Positions 12,340 through 25,445 of a stretch of 64,000 nt of DNA are shown here, piece by piece (position 1 is the first letter of the stretch; each line of letters opens with the position of its first letter). Under the pieces are notes generated by a model. The model was not told the origin of the DNA. It saw nothing but the letters and a program-made list of their open reading frames with translations, and did no database searches. The DNA is from Azolla caroliniana (taxonomy: Eukaryota > Plantae > Polypodiophyta). The position numbers and the translations under genes are program-made. Location: contig JBHGNT010000015.1 in NCBI GenBank assembly GCA_043228905.1, positions 8,866,001 to 8,930,000 on the forward strand, in the 5' to 3' direction.

Positions 12340-13786
12340 TTTATTGTTCTCCGGGGGGTGGGGTGGGTGGGTGGGGTCAGTTCGTGCCAAGTTATGAGGC
12401 ACCTTAATTGATATTGATGTTTTTGGATTGTTTTCAATTTAAATAGAAAATCAAAGAAAAACTTCGAAGTAGATAATGGGATTTTGTCAATGGTTGTCTA
12501 GATTAAATTTCTGAGTTAGGTGCATATCTGCATTTCAGTTGGCCTCATTTTTGTCCGGTTTGAGTTGGAGCCAATCCATCCGGAGGTTACCAAATTTGGT
12601 TGTTTAATGACTGTTGCACATGTTTTGTATTGTCAATGATGCATGCATGTTTTTTGTTTCGGTTGCTTTGAAGGCTGTGTGTGTTTATGTTTAAGGGTGC
12701 ATATTTCGCCATAGAGTATGTAAGGTACACACATCATCAGCTTTTTTATCTGGAATATTTTTTGAAGGCTCATTGTATAGCGGACATGTGAATTAAGAGA
12801 CTTGATGGAAACCATATGCGTGGATTTTTGGCTGATACAATATGCTTGATAACTGTGGATCTGTTTCATTTAGAAATGACTTTTTGGCTAATTCAATATA
12901 CTGGATAAGTGTGGATCGAATGCGTGTGGAAATGGTCTTTATCAATCTTGGTTATGTGCATTTGCAAGTGATGTCTTTCGTTCTCACTTTACAAATTCTT
13001 CTGTCATGTTTATACCAGAAAAAATGCTGATTGTTTTGTACAGAAATGTCATTTAACAGAATGACTTATGACTGTTTGCTTTTTAAGTTAATTTTTAGGA
13101 ATATATAGATATTAGAATGTGCATTCTAAAATGGTGTACGATTGGCTCCATAGCTTTGAAATAAATAACCAACCCAAGGCTTTAGCGTTCTGTCACCACC
13201 AAGTTGATGTGAGTAGGAGTCAGTAGGTGAAGAGCTACTATTGTATTGTTGACTATGACATGGTCATATGTCATGTGCAACAATATATGCGATACATGTC
13301 GTTACACTTTGTATTTTAATGGCAAGAGGAATTTATACTTCTGTTTTGATTATTCATTCACAGATATGGTAAGACAGTGAATCTCAGTGATGCCTTTTCC
13401 ATCTTGGAAGAATGATAATTTACCTACTATACCTAAAGGTGAACATGGATTATTTAGTGTAATGAATGTAACTGGTTGCCATATACTTGCCGAAATGGTT
13501 AGGAACATTTCATTTTTTGTGGAAAAACCATCGAATTTAAGAATATGTGGAAAAACCATTGAATTTAAGAAAGAGCCCTAAAATAACCAACCACCTAAAT
13601 GCTATGAGAATTTAAAGGCAAAGGAAAAAATGGGAGGACACTTACCATCCTTTCTGGGTAGTGAGGTTTTTTATTATCTTCCTCCATTCTGGTTTATAGT
13701 ATTAACCCTCTCATGTCCAATGAAGTGAGGATCTTTATTAAGTAAAGCTAAGTATGCATTTGGTGAAGTGGGGTACATAAGACTAT

Positions 13787-14090
13787 TATATATATATATA
13801 TATATATATATAGTTGCGTGGTGTTGATTGCTTATACCGATTTAGATGCATGACATCTATTGTAGAATTAGTTCCACAACAAACACATTATAAATATATA
13901 GTTGCATGGTGTTGAATGTTTATATTGATTTAGATGAATGACATAAATGGTAGATGGTTCCAATGCAAATAGCTCAATGTAAGTTAAAATGTGTTGAGTG
14001 TTTATACCGATTTTGATGTTGAAAGTTTATACTAGTTTAGGTGCATGACATATATTGAAGCATGGTTCCAAAACAAATTAAAATGTTACA
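13787..14090. repeat. (TA)n tract followed by about 3 degenerate ~90-bp tandem copies
   Basis: Recurrent TAGTTGCRTGGTGTTGA..TTATA..GATTTAGATG.ATGACAT..GTTCCA units. Confidence 0.65.
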
Positions 14091-14109
14091 AGATGATATG
14101 GTGAGACTA

Positions 14110-15842
14110 ATATTAGACTCCTCGTGGACCATAAAAGAGCCATTCTATATGGCAATAATCAAGAATAGGATCATGTCTTTCTTGAATTGTCGAACCGCTC
14201 ATTGCTAGATCCCGTCGATGCCCTTACGATATAGTGTGTCATGGAGTATGCAAAAATGCCGGCTTCGGACGCCAATATCTTCTTCTACTCGAGAAGCATG
14301 CTAGCAGGTGGTAGGCCCGAGATTAGGAAGCATATCATATCGTCAATCCATTTGTCCTTGGGGTCTTGGTTCCTGTCACCTGAATTGGCCGAGTCAATCC
14401 AAAAATTTTCCCCTTCCGGGAAGTCATCTTGTACGCCGCTGACTATTTCCCCGGATTCGAGTCGACTCAAATAGTATGCTACCGCGTGTTGTACCCCTGG
14501 CCTGTGATGGATATCAAAGTCAAATTCTTGTAGTAGTAGTATCCATCTGGCCAATCTGCCTAGTAATGATTGTTTCGTGACAAGATAAAACAACGCCGAG
14601 CGATCTACGTGAAAAGTGAATTTTCAACCAAGTAGGTAATGTCGAAATTTGGTGATGATGTAGATCATGTCAAGGTCCTCTCTCTCTCTCTCTCTCTTGT
14701 CGAGTAATTCTTCTCCGTTGCTGAGACTCTCCAACTGGCATAATATACCAACCGTACCAATTTGGTGCTATCAACTGCATCACTGCGTTGCGAATTGCCG
14801 TGTCGGAGGCGTCGACGGAATAGTTTTGGCCAGTCCGGCGGTTGGACGACGGGTACTTGTGACAACATGATTTTGAGGGCATGGTATGCCTCGTCCTTGG
14901 TAGGTCTCCATCGAAATGGCATGCGGTGTACCGCCGCATGTAGTGGCGTCGTGAAATTGGCCAAATATCATAACATTCGGTTGTGCCACCAAATTTGTCC
15001 TAGAAATTTGCTCAAGGCTTTCACGTTTTTTGGTGGTGGAGCCTAGATTATTGCTTTGTCCATATTGGGGTCTACCGTGATTCCTTCTTGCCTGACGATG
15101 TGACCCAGTAGCGCTCCGCTTGTTACGTCAAATGCGCATTTCGCTAGATTCAAGCTCAGTCAAGCCGGTCGACATCTATCCAAGCAAAGGCGTAGGTGTT
15201 TGAGATGTTCAAGTCATCAGATGTATACAACAAAATCATCTAAAAAGACCCGCATAAATGGAGGAATGTAATCATGAAGATTTCCATGATGATATGCTGG
15301 AATGTCGCAGGTGTCGTTTTTAGGCCGAACATCATGACGAATGCCACGAAAATGCTCATTTTGTGCCGAACATTGTCTTTTCTTGGTCGTCCGGGTGCAT
15401 CCGGATTTGATTGTATCCACTGAAACAGTCTCTAGGAAGTTGTAGATTTCGTAGCCTACTACTACATGCAATACTCCATTGGTGAAAGCTAGGGGAAATG
15501 CGTTTGTGATAGTGGTGGCGTTGAGTTTCCAATAGTCGACATCGGCCCGGATTTTGCCGTTCTTTTTCGGCACCACCATGATTGGACTCCATGTTGCTTG
15601 CTTGACTGGCCGAATGAAACCAACTCGCAACAACTTGTCAATTTCCTCCTTTACCTTGACTGCGTAGTTTGGGTTCATTCGATACCATTGCTGTTGTACC
15701 TGTTTCGTGTTCGTATTGAGATGTATCTGGTGCTAATAAAACCTAGGGTCGAGAGCCTGAATGTCACTATATGACCATGCAAATACGTCTTTATACTCCT
15801 TTAACAATTTCACCATCACTGATCTCTCGGTTGGCGCAAGCT
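14110..15842 (-). mobile_element. Degenerate gypsy H (Tat/Athila-like): RT, RNase H, start of integrase
   Basis: MNPNYAVKVKEEIDKLL, VVPKKNGKIR, VFLDDF, VDASD, GRLARWILLLQEFDF. It continues at 35445 across the insertion of C. Confidence 0.88.
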
Positions 15843-18130
15843 TGTTATGTACACATAACGTTGGTGAGGGTGGGTCACTAATATTTACATTAGTGAAGTA
15901 TGTTCAGTAATGTTAAAAAGGGGCTAATGTGATTGGATAGAAGGAATGATAGGTGCATGCACTATCATGATTTGGGCAACCAATGAATGGAAACCCTTTT
16001 AGAAAGGCACATCTATACAAGGGGCCTAGGAGAAGGTATAAATATGAGGCTTAGCTACCCTCATAAGGACATTACGTCGGAAGGCTGCTAACTTAGGCAC
16101 CGGTGGTGCGGGCTAGACTTTCGTCTCGACGATCGTGTTTATCTCTTCCAAGGTATTAGTCATCCTAATTTCCGGCGGTATGGACGTTGGTGGTAGGTTG
16201 GCTATGTCTAAAAAGCCAAAGGCAATATACAAATAGTACATAATACTGTTTCCTTTGCAGAAATACATATTATCAAAAAAACTACATTGTTGCCAATAAC
16301 ACCTTTGCTAGTAGAGCACATATAAACCTTGAGAAAATTCCATTGCTATGTCGAGTTATAAGACCACATATAAACCTTGAGAAGGCCTCCACTTTAGCAC
16401 GAATAAGCCTCTTTATCACCTCTTTTCCATTCACCTTTGCTTGAACATGTGGGACATTGTGCAACCAGAACCATTCTCAGACTCTGCCATTTAACTTCTT
16501 TGCCACTATCATTGATTTATATTCCATGGGATCATATGCTGAAATTGTACGATGTTTTGGAGACATCTCGATGAGGCAGCCATAGAACAAATCAAACAGC
16601 CATAGAACACAACAAAACCCAAAATGAAAGCCCATAATACTGCCACCTCCTTCTTCCCCTTGAAAACAATTGGGTATTCATCACAGACTCAACTAGTTTC
16701 TCTTTGGCATCCCATCTGCTTTTCTTCAATCTCCTACAGAAACTGGCTCAATCTCATACAGAATAAGACAGATTAAAATGGCTCAATGTCATACAGAATA
16801 ACACTCAGTTTTGTGCCCGTTCCTTGGCCTTTAACTTTCCCATGTGATGTGTCCTTTTCTACCAGTTTGGTAGTAAAAATCCTCTCTCCTATCAAGCTGC
16901 TGAGGTAATCTGCTGCTTCTTGGCCGTAGTCTTCTTCTAGCTCTGTAAACATCGGCTTAAACATTGCCAAAAAACCTAGTTTCTCTTTAGCCTGCCGATC
17001 TTCTCAGTATTTATATATCTTTCTCTGCCTTTTTCCAATGCAAGATTCATAACCTATCCAAATTCTTGGACCTGTAAACATCGGCTTAAACATTGCCAAA
17101 AAACCTGGTTTCTCTTTAGCCTGCCCATCTTCTCAGTCTTTATATACCTTTCTCTGCCTTTTTCCAATGCAAGATTGAACCTGGTTTTGAATTGGGATTA
17201 TATCTTGTTGGTAATCCTGTGTTAAGAACAAAATCAGTCCAAAAGTTTCCTTACCCACTCTTGATAATTGCCTTCAACCCTCCCCACCATCTTCACTCAT
17301 CCTTAACCCAACAAATATTTCTTCATTTAGTGGACATCAGCCATCTCACCGATTAACATGGTTCCAATGTCCATGCATATCCTGTATTAATCAACAAAAA
17401 TTAGTCTAAACGTTTCCTCACCCACTCCTGATAATTGGCTTCGACCCTCCCCACCATCTTCACTCATCCTTAACCCAGAAAAATTTCTTCGTTCAGTCGA
17501 CATCAGCCATCTCACCGATTAACATGGTGCTAGTGTCCACGCATATCCTGTATTAATCAAAAAAAAATTGGTCTAAACATTTCCTCACCCAATCGTGCTA
17601 TAGTCGGCTTCGACCTCCCTACCATCTTCACTCATCCTTATCACAGAAAAATTTTCTTCGTTCAGTCCACATCAACCGTCTGGCTGATTAGCCTCATGCC
17701 AATGTCCATGAAAAAACCTCACCCATTCATGATAGTAGGCTACAACACCCCCATCATCTTCACTCATCCTTATCACAGGAAAAATCTCTTCATTCAATCC
17801 ACATCAGCCATCTCACATATTAGCATCTTGCCAATGTCCACGAAGTTCCCCATCAATCAGCTCACTGTTATCGAGTATCTCCAATAGCTTAAACCTACAT
17901 AAACAAAAATGAATGCATACACTGTTGTCCTTATGAAACAACCTTATCATTCATCCTATCTTAGGGATGAAGATCATCATCCCTATGTAAGGTAAAGCAT
18001 CTGCTTCACTATCCGCACCAAACATATCGGAGATTACCGAGAAAAAATTCTTTTATGAAAAAACTCTTACTATGCACACCAATCACCTCTTCCATGTTGA
18101 GTCATGTTGATTAGTAATAGACTCTTAACA
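15843..18130 (+). repeat. 5' LTR of C, interrupted by about 1.9 kb of foreign sequence
   Basis: Matches the 3' LTR up to ...GGCTATGTCTA (16210) and again from TTGATTAGTAATAG (about 18107). Confidence 0.88.
16211..18106. other. Unassigned insert in LTR with internal repeats
   Basis: Absent from the 3' LTR. Contains a ~105-bp duplication (16943/17072) and four ~130-170-bp units (CTTCACTCATCCTTA at 17291, 17458, 17626, 17758). Confidence 0.8.
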
Positions 18131-18369
18131 GTGGTATCAGAGCATTTACTAATAATTTTTTTTTGTTGTTGTAATGTTTTTTGCATGTGAGCGATGGGGA
18201 TCTAACAAGGCTCGTATGCTCTTCACAGGATCAAAACAACATTCTTAACCCGGTATTCTTCTTTCTCGATCTCTCTCTCCTTTTCTATGATGTTGTCTTC
18301 TTGGTCGAATCAAATTTGTATAACTTTTTATTTTCTTTCTTTCTACTTTCTACCATGCTACGATTTTAA

Positions 18370-18830
18370 TTATTATTGTGCATCGGGCCGTGTGTGTTTG
18401 CACTAATCACACAAGCTCAACTCATGGCTCTTTTCAATATTGCAATGTATCTCCCACTCTCCCCTCTCTTGAGCCATCTCTTAAGATAATAATTATTCTT
18501 GTGCATCGGGTCGAGTGCGTTTGCCCTAATCGCACATGCTCACCTCATGGCCCTTTTGCATATGATGTTGAGTATGCCACTCTTCCCTTTATTGAGCCAT
18601 CACTTGGCTGATTCTATGGGATGTTGTGGTCTTGACGAGGTGTATGTTGCCTAACTATGCCACTCTACTCTCTATTAAGCCATCACTTGGCCGATTCTAT
18701 GGGATGTTGTGGCCTTAACGAGGTATATGTCACTTACCTATGCCACTTTACTCTTTATTGAGCCATCACTTGGCGGATTCTAGGGAGGTGTGGTGGTCTT
18801 GAGGAGGTGCATGCCGACTACCTTAGGGTT
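18370..18830 (+). repeat. Degenerate tandem repeats in the 5' leader of C
   Basis: Repeated GAGCCATCACTTGGC.GATTCTA.GG..TG.GGTCTT units of about 80 bp, plus two TTGTGCATCGGG units. Confidence 0.7.
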
Positions 18831-19026
18831 TCATACCTTAAGGCATGCTTAATATTCATACAACTAATTGATTATTATTCTAATTATTTTCTAATTACAC
18901 AAATTGTCTTTTCACTTTCTAATGATTTTCTCATAATTGTCATTAAATACCCACCCACAATTAACTCTCTTTCTTGCCCTTATTTTAAGTTCATTTACAT
19001 TATTTACGTACGTTTAATGGTGTAAG

Positions 19027-22000
19027 TGTCGAATACATGTGTATAATGGACGTATTCACACTATCCCGTTTCGGCCATTTATGTAATTAGCATAAAGGGT
19101 AGTTGCCCTAAGTCGGTCACTATATATAGTGACCTTGCAACCTTTTTGTAAGGTTGGTTGTTGTATTGTCTCTTTGTGAAATAAGAAAGTCTTTTGTGTC
19201 TCTCTCCCTCTCTCTCTCTCTGTGCACGACCTACAATCTGTCATACGCAGGTACTCAGAAGAATCGAATGCTTCTTGATCTTCCGCATTGACGACCTCGT
19301 CTACAACATCTGGTATCAGAGCTTGCACAGCATTCGGTCCTTCAATCCGCTGTCGGCCGTCGTCACCGCCTGCACAGCATTCGGTTCTTCACTTCATCAC
19401 GGCCTGCACAGTATTCGCGTCATTCGAAGAAAGAGAGAAGAAGAACAAAAACGAGGTTTGCACCTCATCGCGTTAGATCCTTTTGCTTGGAGTAAGCCAT
19501 CAGGTTGTACTCCGTTCCTTGTGATCGTAACAGCTCGAGGTGAAATCCCCTTGTGCATCATTGACACGATCGTGCTCCATTCGGTTAAACGGCATCCGAA
19601 AAGGTCATTAAACGCTGCTCGCTGCTCGTTGTAACCACTCGGTGCAGATCGGTCTCAAGACAACAACCCCAATTCGCGCTTCATCCGGCTGATCGACATT
19701 CGAGAGGATCAGTTGGATCTGTCTCTCTCGTCGCTGCAGCCACCCGAAGCAGAATCGGTCCAGATAATCGGTTTCAATAATCGGTATTCGGCAACATTCG
19801 GGAAGACCAGTCGGTTCTGTCCCTCAAGCTACCGAAGTCAATTCGAGCAAGTTCCGAAGCCGAACCGACTCGGGTTCAAATCCGACTAGAACGATATCGG
19901 GTGAGCCAACCGGCTGCACCCCAACAAGGTTCGTAGTCAACTCCGAACCGAGCTTCGTCAACCGAAACCGAATTTGATGGCATCAACATCCGGCTCGTCA
20001 GAAATGAGTCTACGAAAGTTCGATGGATCGAACTTCAACTTCTGGAAGGAGCAAATGCAGGACTATCTCATAGTCAAGGGGCAAATCGATCCCATCGAAA
20101 ATGAAGAACCTCCAGAAGGATACAAACCAATTGAGTGGCAGAAGCTGGACAGAATTGTCCGCGCCACGATTCGGATGCACCTATCGGAATCGGTATACTT
20201 TACGGTGCAATCGTGTATGACAACATTCGAACTGTGGAAAACACTGTCGGACACTTACGAAAAGAAGGTCGCCGCAACGAAGATGTTTCTGATCCGGCGC
20301 CTCTACAACTTGCGGATGAAAGAATCCGATTCGGTTCAAGCACACCTCAATGAGTACGAAAGCATAAGCTCCCAAATCTCGTCACAGGGGATGGCAATCG
20401 AGGATGAACTCAGAGCAATGATACTCATGAGCAGCCTTCCCTCATCATGGGAAACTTTCGTCACAACCGTGTGCAACGCGTCAACCACGGCTGTTAAATA
20501 CTCCGAAGTCACGAGCGCAATCCTGACCGAAGCAGCTCGGAGAAAGTCTTTCGCCAAAGACTCAACAGATGACGCTTACGTAGTGCAAGGTTCGACAGAC
20601 CGATCGAACATACGAGGAAGAGATTCCTCACGGCCGCCGAACAATCAGCGAAGACGGAGCCAGTCACGGGATAACCGAATCTGCAACTATTGCAAGAAAC
20701 CCGGACACATCAAAGCCGACTGCCGCGCACTCAAGAACAAGAACAACAAGAAGAGTGGCCGGCATGAGGAGATCAATTACGTCAGCTTCTCAGCTGATGT
20801 ACTACCGGACGACCCGAATATACTATCAATCGAAAATCCAGTCGGATCAGAAGTTCTACTCACGACTGAAGAATCGAGCACATGGCTCTTAGATTCGGGC
20901 GCGTCATTTCACGTGACTCCTCATCGATCCCAATTTCGGCAATATACGATCCGTCACTCCGACTCAGTTCGAGTCGGTAACTCGCAACACTGTGACATCA
21001 TCGGAATCGGCACAGTAGAGCTCAACCTTGCAGGTGGCTCTACACTTGTACTCCACAATGTCCGACATGTACCCGAGCTCTCAAGGCCATTGATCTCAGT
21101 CGGACAACTAGATGAAGACGGCATTCGTGCCGGTTTCTCTTCGGGAGGGTGGACACTCCACAGGGGGAACCTCCTGCTTGCTAGAGGACCCAAGATACAC
21201 TCCCTGTATCCGTTACATGTTACGCTCAGAGAGGGTAACCTGTTTTTGGTGGATATTCCTGTGTCATCACTATGGCACCGAAGATTAGGACACCTCAGCA
21301 AGGCCGGCATCACGCACCTATATAGAGCCGGATACATCCCCAAACTCTCCTTCTCGGACCATCAATTCTGCGAGCATTGCCAGTATGGCAAACAAGCAGC
21401 CGCATCACACCCGACATCAGCACCCAGAGAAACGAGACCTCTTGATTTGGTCCACTCGGACGTCTGTGGCCCAATGCCGCATCAGTCTCTCGGCGGTGCC
21501 TCTTACTTCGTCACTTTTATTGACGATTCGACTCGAAAGGTGTGGGCTTATCCAATTCGCTCCAAAGATTGGGTCTTCTCGATCTTCACCGATTGGCTCG
21601 CTATGGTAGAAAATCAAACCGACCGAAAGCTGAAATGCTTTCGGACAGACAATGGGGGAGAATTTAAATCCGAAGAATTCGTCAAATTCTGCCGACAACG
21701 CGGCATCCGACGTGAATTTACGGCACCACACAGTCCGGAGCAAAACGGGATTGCAGAACGAATGAATCGGACAATCCAAGAAAGGATAGTTTCCATGCTC
21801 CAACACTCCGGACTGTCGGATGGCTTCTGGGCAGAGGCTCTACTCACGGCAGTACACATAATCAATATGTCGCCAAGTAGACCTCTAGGACTTCGAATTC
21901 CTCAGGAACTATGGATCGGCAGTAAGCCGAATTACGACAAGCTGAGGATCTTCGGATGCGAGGCGTACGCCCTTATTCCGAAAGATGATCGCCGAAAACT

Positions 22001-24467
22001 TGCACCTCGGTCCCGGAAATGCATTTTCCTTGGATATGGATCCGACGGCGAAATGGGATACCGACTCTGGGACCCCGAACACAGGCAAATCGTTCGAAGT
22101 TCGGACGTTGTGTTCAACGAGTCGGCTATGAATCCATCAGTCGAAAAACCGATCGAAGTCTGAAGGGTAACGTTTTCCGATGTGCCGACCCTTCAAGAAG
22201 GCCCCTCTCTCAACACACGGTCAGCTTCACGGGTAGCTGAACCTTACACTACCAACTCGGACAACTCCGACTCGGCACAGCAGAACAATCCGCTTTCGGA
22301 CCATCCGACCTCGATACCCGATGCGACCAGTCCAATCATACCTCGACAATCCGAGAGACTGTCGCAACCTCCGGAGAGGTATTCTCCTGGAATTTTCTTC
22401 ACCGACGCCGGCGAACCGACGTCTTACGAAGAAGCATCGACATCTGTCGATTCCGCCACCTGGCATCTGGCGATGGAGTCGGAAATGCACTCCATTCGGG
22501 CAAACAAGACCTGGGATCTGGTCGAATTACCTAGGAACTGACGTGCTCTTCCTTGCAAGTGGGTCTATCGACTAAAAGAGACGTCTGATTCGACCACCCC
22601 AAAGTACAAGGCCAGATTAGTTGCGAAGGGCTTCCGACAAGAATATGGCGTCGACTTCGACGAGATTTTTTCACCAGTGGTGAAAATGACAACCCTTCGT
22701 TTTCTGCTCGGCGTCGTGGCAGCCGACAACTTGGAGCTGATTCAGCTAGATGTCAAAACAGCATTCCTCCATGGTGATCTTGACGAGGAAATTTATATGG
22801 AGCAGCCAAAAGGCTTCGTGGCGACTGGCCAAGAACATCTAGTCTGCCGACTCAGGAAGAGTCTATACGGCCTCAAACAGGCACCGCGACAATGGTACAA
22901 GAAGTTCGACGACTTCATCCAATCGATCGGCTTCTCAAAAAGCGATGAGGACCATTGTCTCTTTACCAACACAGCTCAAGATGGATCACCCATCTTCCTC
23001 ATCATTTACGTGGACGACATGCTCATTTCTGGACGCCACGCGGGCGAACTTGCCGATCTCGTTCGGCAACTGCGGTTGAAGTTTGCCATGAAGGACCTCG
23101 GTCCGGCACGACACATCCTTGGCATGAAAATTAGTCGGCATCGCGATAAACGACATCTTTTTTTGTCTCAGACCGACTATATCGGACGTGTCTTGGAACG
23201 CTTCAACATGCAATCAGCCAAATCTGCTTCAACCCCGCTCCCCATGAATCTTCGGCTCTCTCAGCGAGACTGCCCGACATCCGGTCCGGAGGGGGAAGAT
23301 ATGAAGTCGGTACCGTATGCACCGGCAGTCGGCTCCCTTATGTACCTGATGGTCGCGACACGGCCTGATATTTCTCACGCCGTAGGAGTCATTAGCAGAT
23401 TTATGCACAATCCTGGCCGATCGCATTGGAACGCAGTCAAGCATGTGTTCAAATATCTGGCTGGCACAAAAGATCACGGCATTCTTTTCGGTCCGAACCG
23501 AACCTCAGGCGTAGTCGGTTACACCGACTCGGACTTCGCCGGCTGTATAGATAGTCGGAAATCAACAACCGGATACTGCTTCAAATTCGGCAATGGAGCA
23601 ATCTCGTGGAAGTCGAAACTTTAGGAGTGCACAGCGACCTCAACGACCGAAGCAGAATATGTAGCTGCGTCCGACGCAGCAAAAGAAGCTTTGTGGCTCG
23701 GTCGGCTGGCGCACACGTTTCGACAAGTCGATCATGACTCGGCTCCAGTTGTCTACAGCGACAGTCAAGGTGCTGTTGCCCTGTCGAAAAACCCGGTTCA
23801 CCACAACGCCTCCAAACATATCGATGTTCGATATCACTTCGTTCGGGACTGCGTCATTTCAGGGAAAATCGGTCTAGAGAAAATATCCACAACCGACAAT
23901 GTCGCAGATGGAATGACCAAGTGTCTTTCAGCAGACCGTTTTCGGTCTCTTCGGCATCAGATGGGCGTAACGACAAACCAGTCCGGTTAGACCCGGACAC
24001 AGAGCAGGATGGTTCCCGACAACCGACATCAGTTCCTTAATGATCGGCTTCAACTGTCCCGACCCGACCAGTTCGGTCTTCTGCCTTCGGACCCTGCCGA
24101 CTCGAACAAAGCTGATATGTCCGAGAACCTAAGTCTATACCTGTAATCTTAGATAACCCATGTATACGCCCATTACGGGGGAGTGTCGAATACATGTGTA
24201 TAATGGACGTATTCACACTATCCCGTTTCGGCCATTTATGTAATTAGCATAAAGGGTAGTTGCCCTAAGTCGGTCACTATATATAGTGACCTTGCAACCT
24301 TTTTGTAAGGTTGGTTGTTGTATTGTCTCTTTGTGAAATAAGAAAGTCTTTTGTGTCTCTCTCCCTCTCTCTCTCTCTCTGTGCACGACCTACAATCTGT
24401 CATACGCAGGTACTCAGAAGAATCGAATGCTTCTTGATCTTCCGCATTGACGACCTCGTCTACAACA
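19027..24467 (+). mobile_element. Ty1/copia element D, full length, young
   Basis: LTRs 19027-19308 and 24184-24467 (TGTCG...CAACA) differ by one TC unit by eye. TSD GTAAG on both sides, PBS TGGTATCAGAGC at 19311, PPT GGGGGAG. Confidence 0.97.
19974..23990 (+). pseudogene. Copia gag-pol polyprotein in a single frame with three in-frame stops
   Basis: CNYCKKPGHIKADC, WLLDSGAS, HSDVCGP, RTDNGGEF, LDVKTAFLHG, YVDDML, GYTDSDFAG. Stops at 22161, 22539 and 23622. Confidence 0.95.
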
Positions 24468-25445
24468 GTAAGGATTCATGTAGACTAAATTTTAATATTG
24501 AGTGGGCATCATGCCGCTTTTTGAACATTTTTTCCAAAGTGTTCTCTAGGTTTGACTCATGTAATCGAGCCTTAGAACTCAATTAAAAACACACGAGTTC
24601 CCCAATTGATGTTTTACTCATAAATTTGAGTACTACATCTTTGCACACAACACCACCACCATTTGTATCAATTTGTGGCTTATGACACAATTGTGCAAAT
24701 TACAACCATCATATTGGGATGTATATCTGCATACCTCGCACTATCCATTTATTTGTGACATTTTTTTTAGTAGGTAGCACGTGGGTTTTTTTGAACCTTG
24801 TTTTCGTCACTTCTTGACTCTTATAGATAGTGACTTCTTTTTCTCTTTTTTTCATAACATTTGCTTGCTATGCAAGACTAGAATATTACTTGCGAGTGCA
24901 CTTGTTTTTTAACGCAATACACTTTCTCGACCATATCAATACATGTTGGGTTGGCATTCTAATATAAGGCTAACTAGGAAACTACATTGATGTTAGAACC
25001 ATGGTTGAGCCTTAGGGAGCCACCATGATTATTCAAGATAGAGATCCGAGAAAGACATCTTAGCTATGTTTCCCCCCATGGTTTTTAAAACACCATAGTG
25101 TTACCATAGTTATCAGATCTCGAATCACATCTCATATGTTTAGAGGGGTAAAGACGTGAGATGCTTTCTTGGTAGAGTTCTTACAATCAAAATTTCAAGC
25201 ACTCATTTTGCTTGTGTATTTTCTGAACCTCCTTATTTATATTGCATACCCACAACTTGCATCATGGAACAAGTTTTGAACGTTGTTGGAGCGATCTCTC
25301 CGACTGAGACCTCTCAACTCCAATCCGCATCTCGCACACCAGCTGAGATCACTATTGAACAATTGCTCACTACTACCTTGAATCAATTGGCCGAAATGAG
25401 GCAAGCCAATATGGCATTGGAAAAGAAATTCCAAGAATTGACTAT

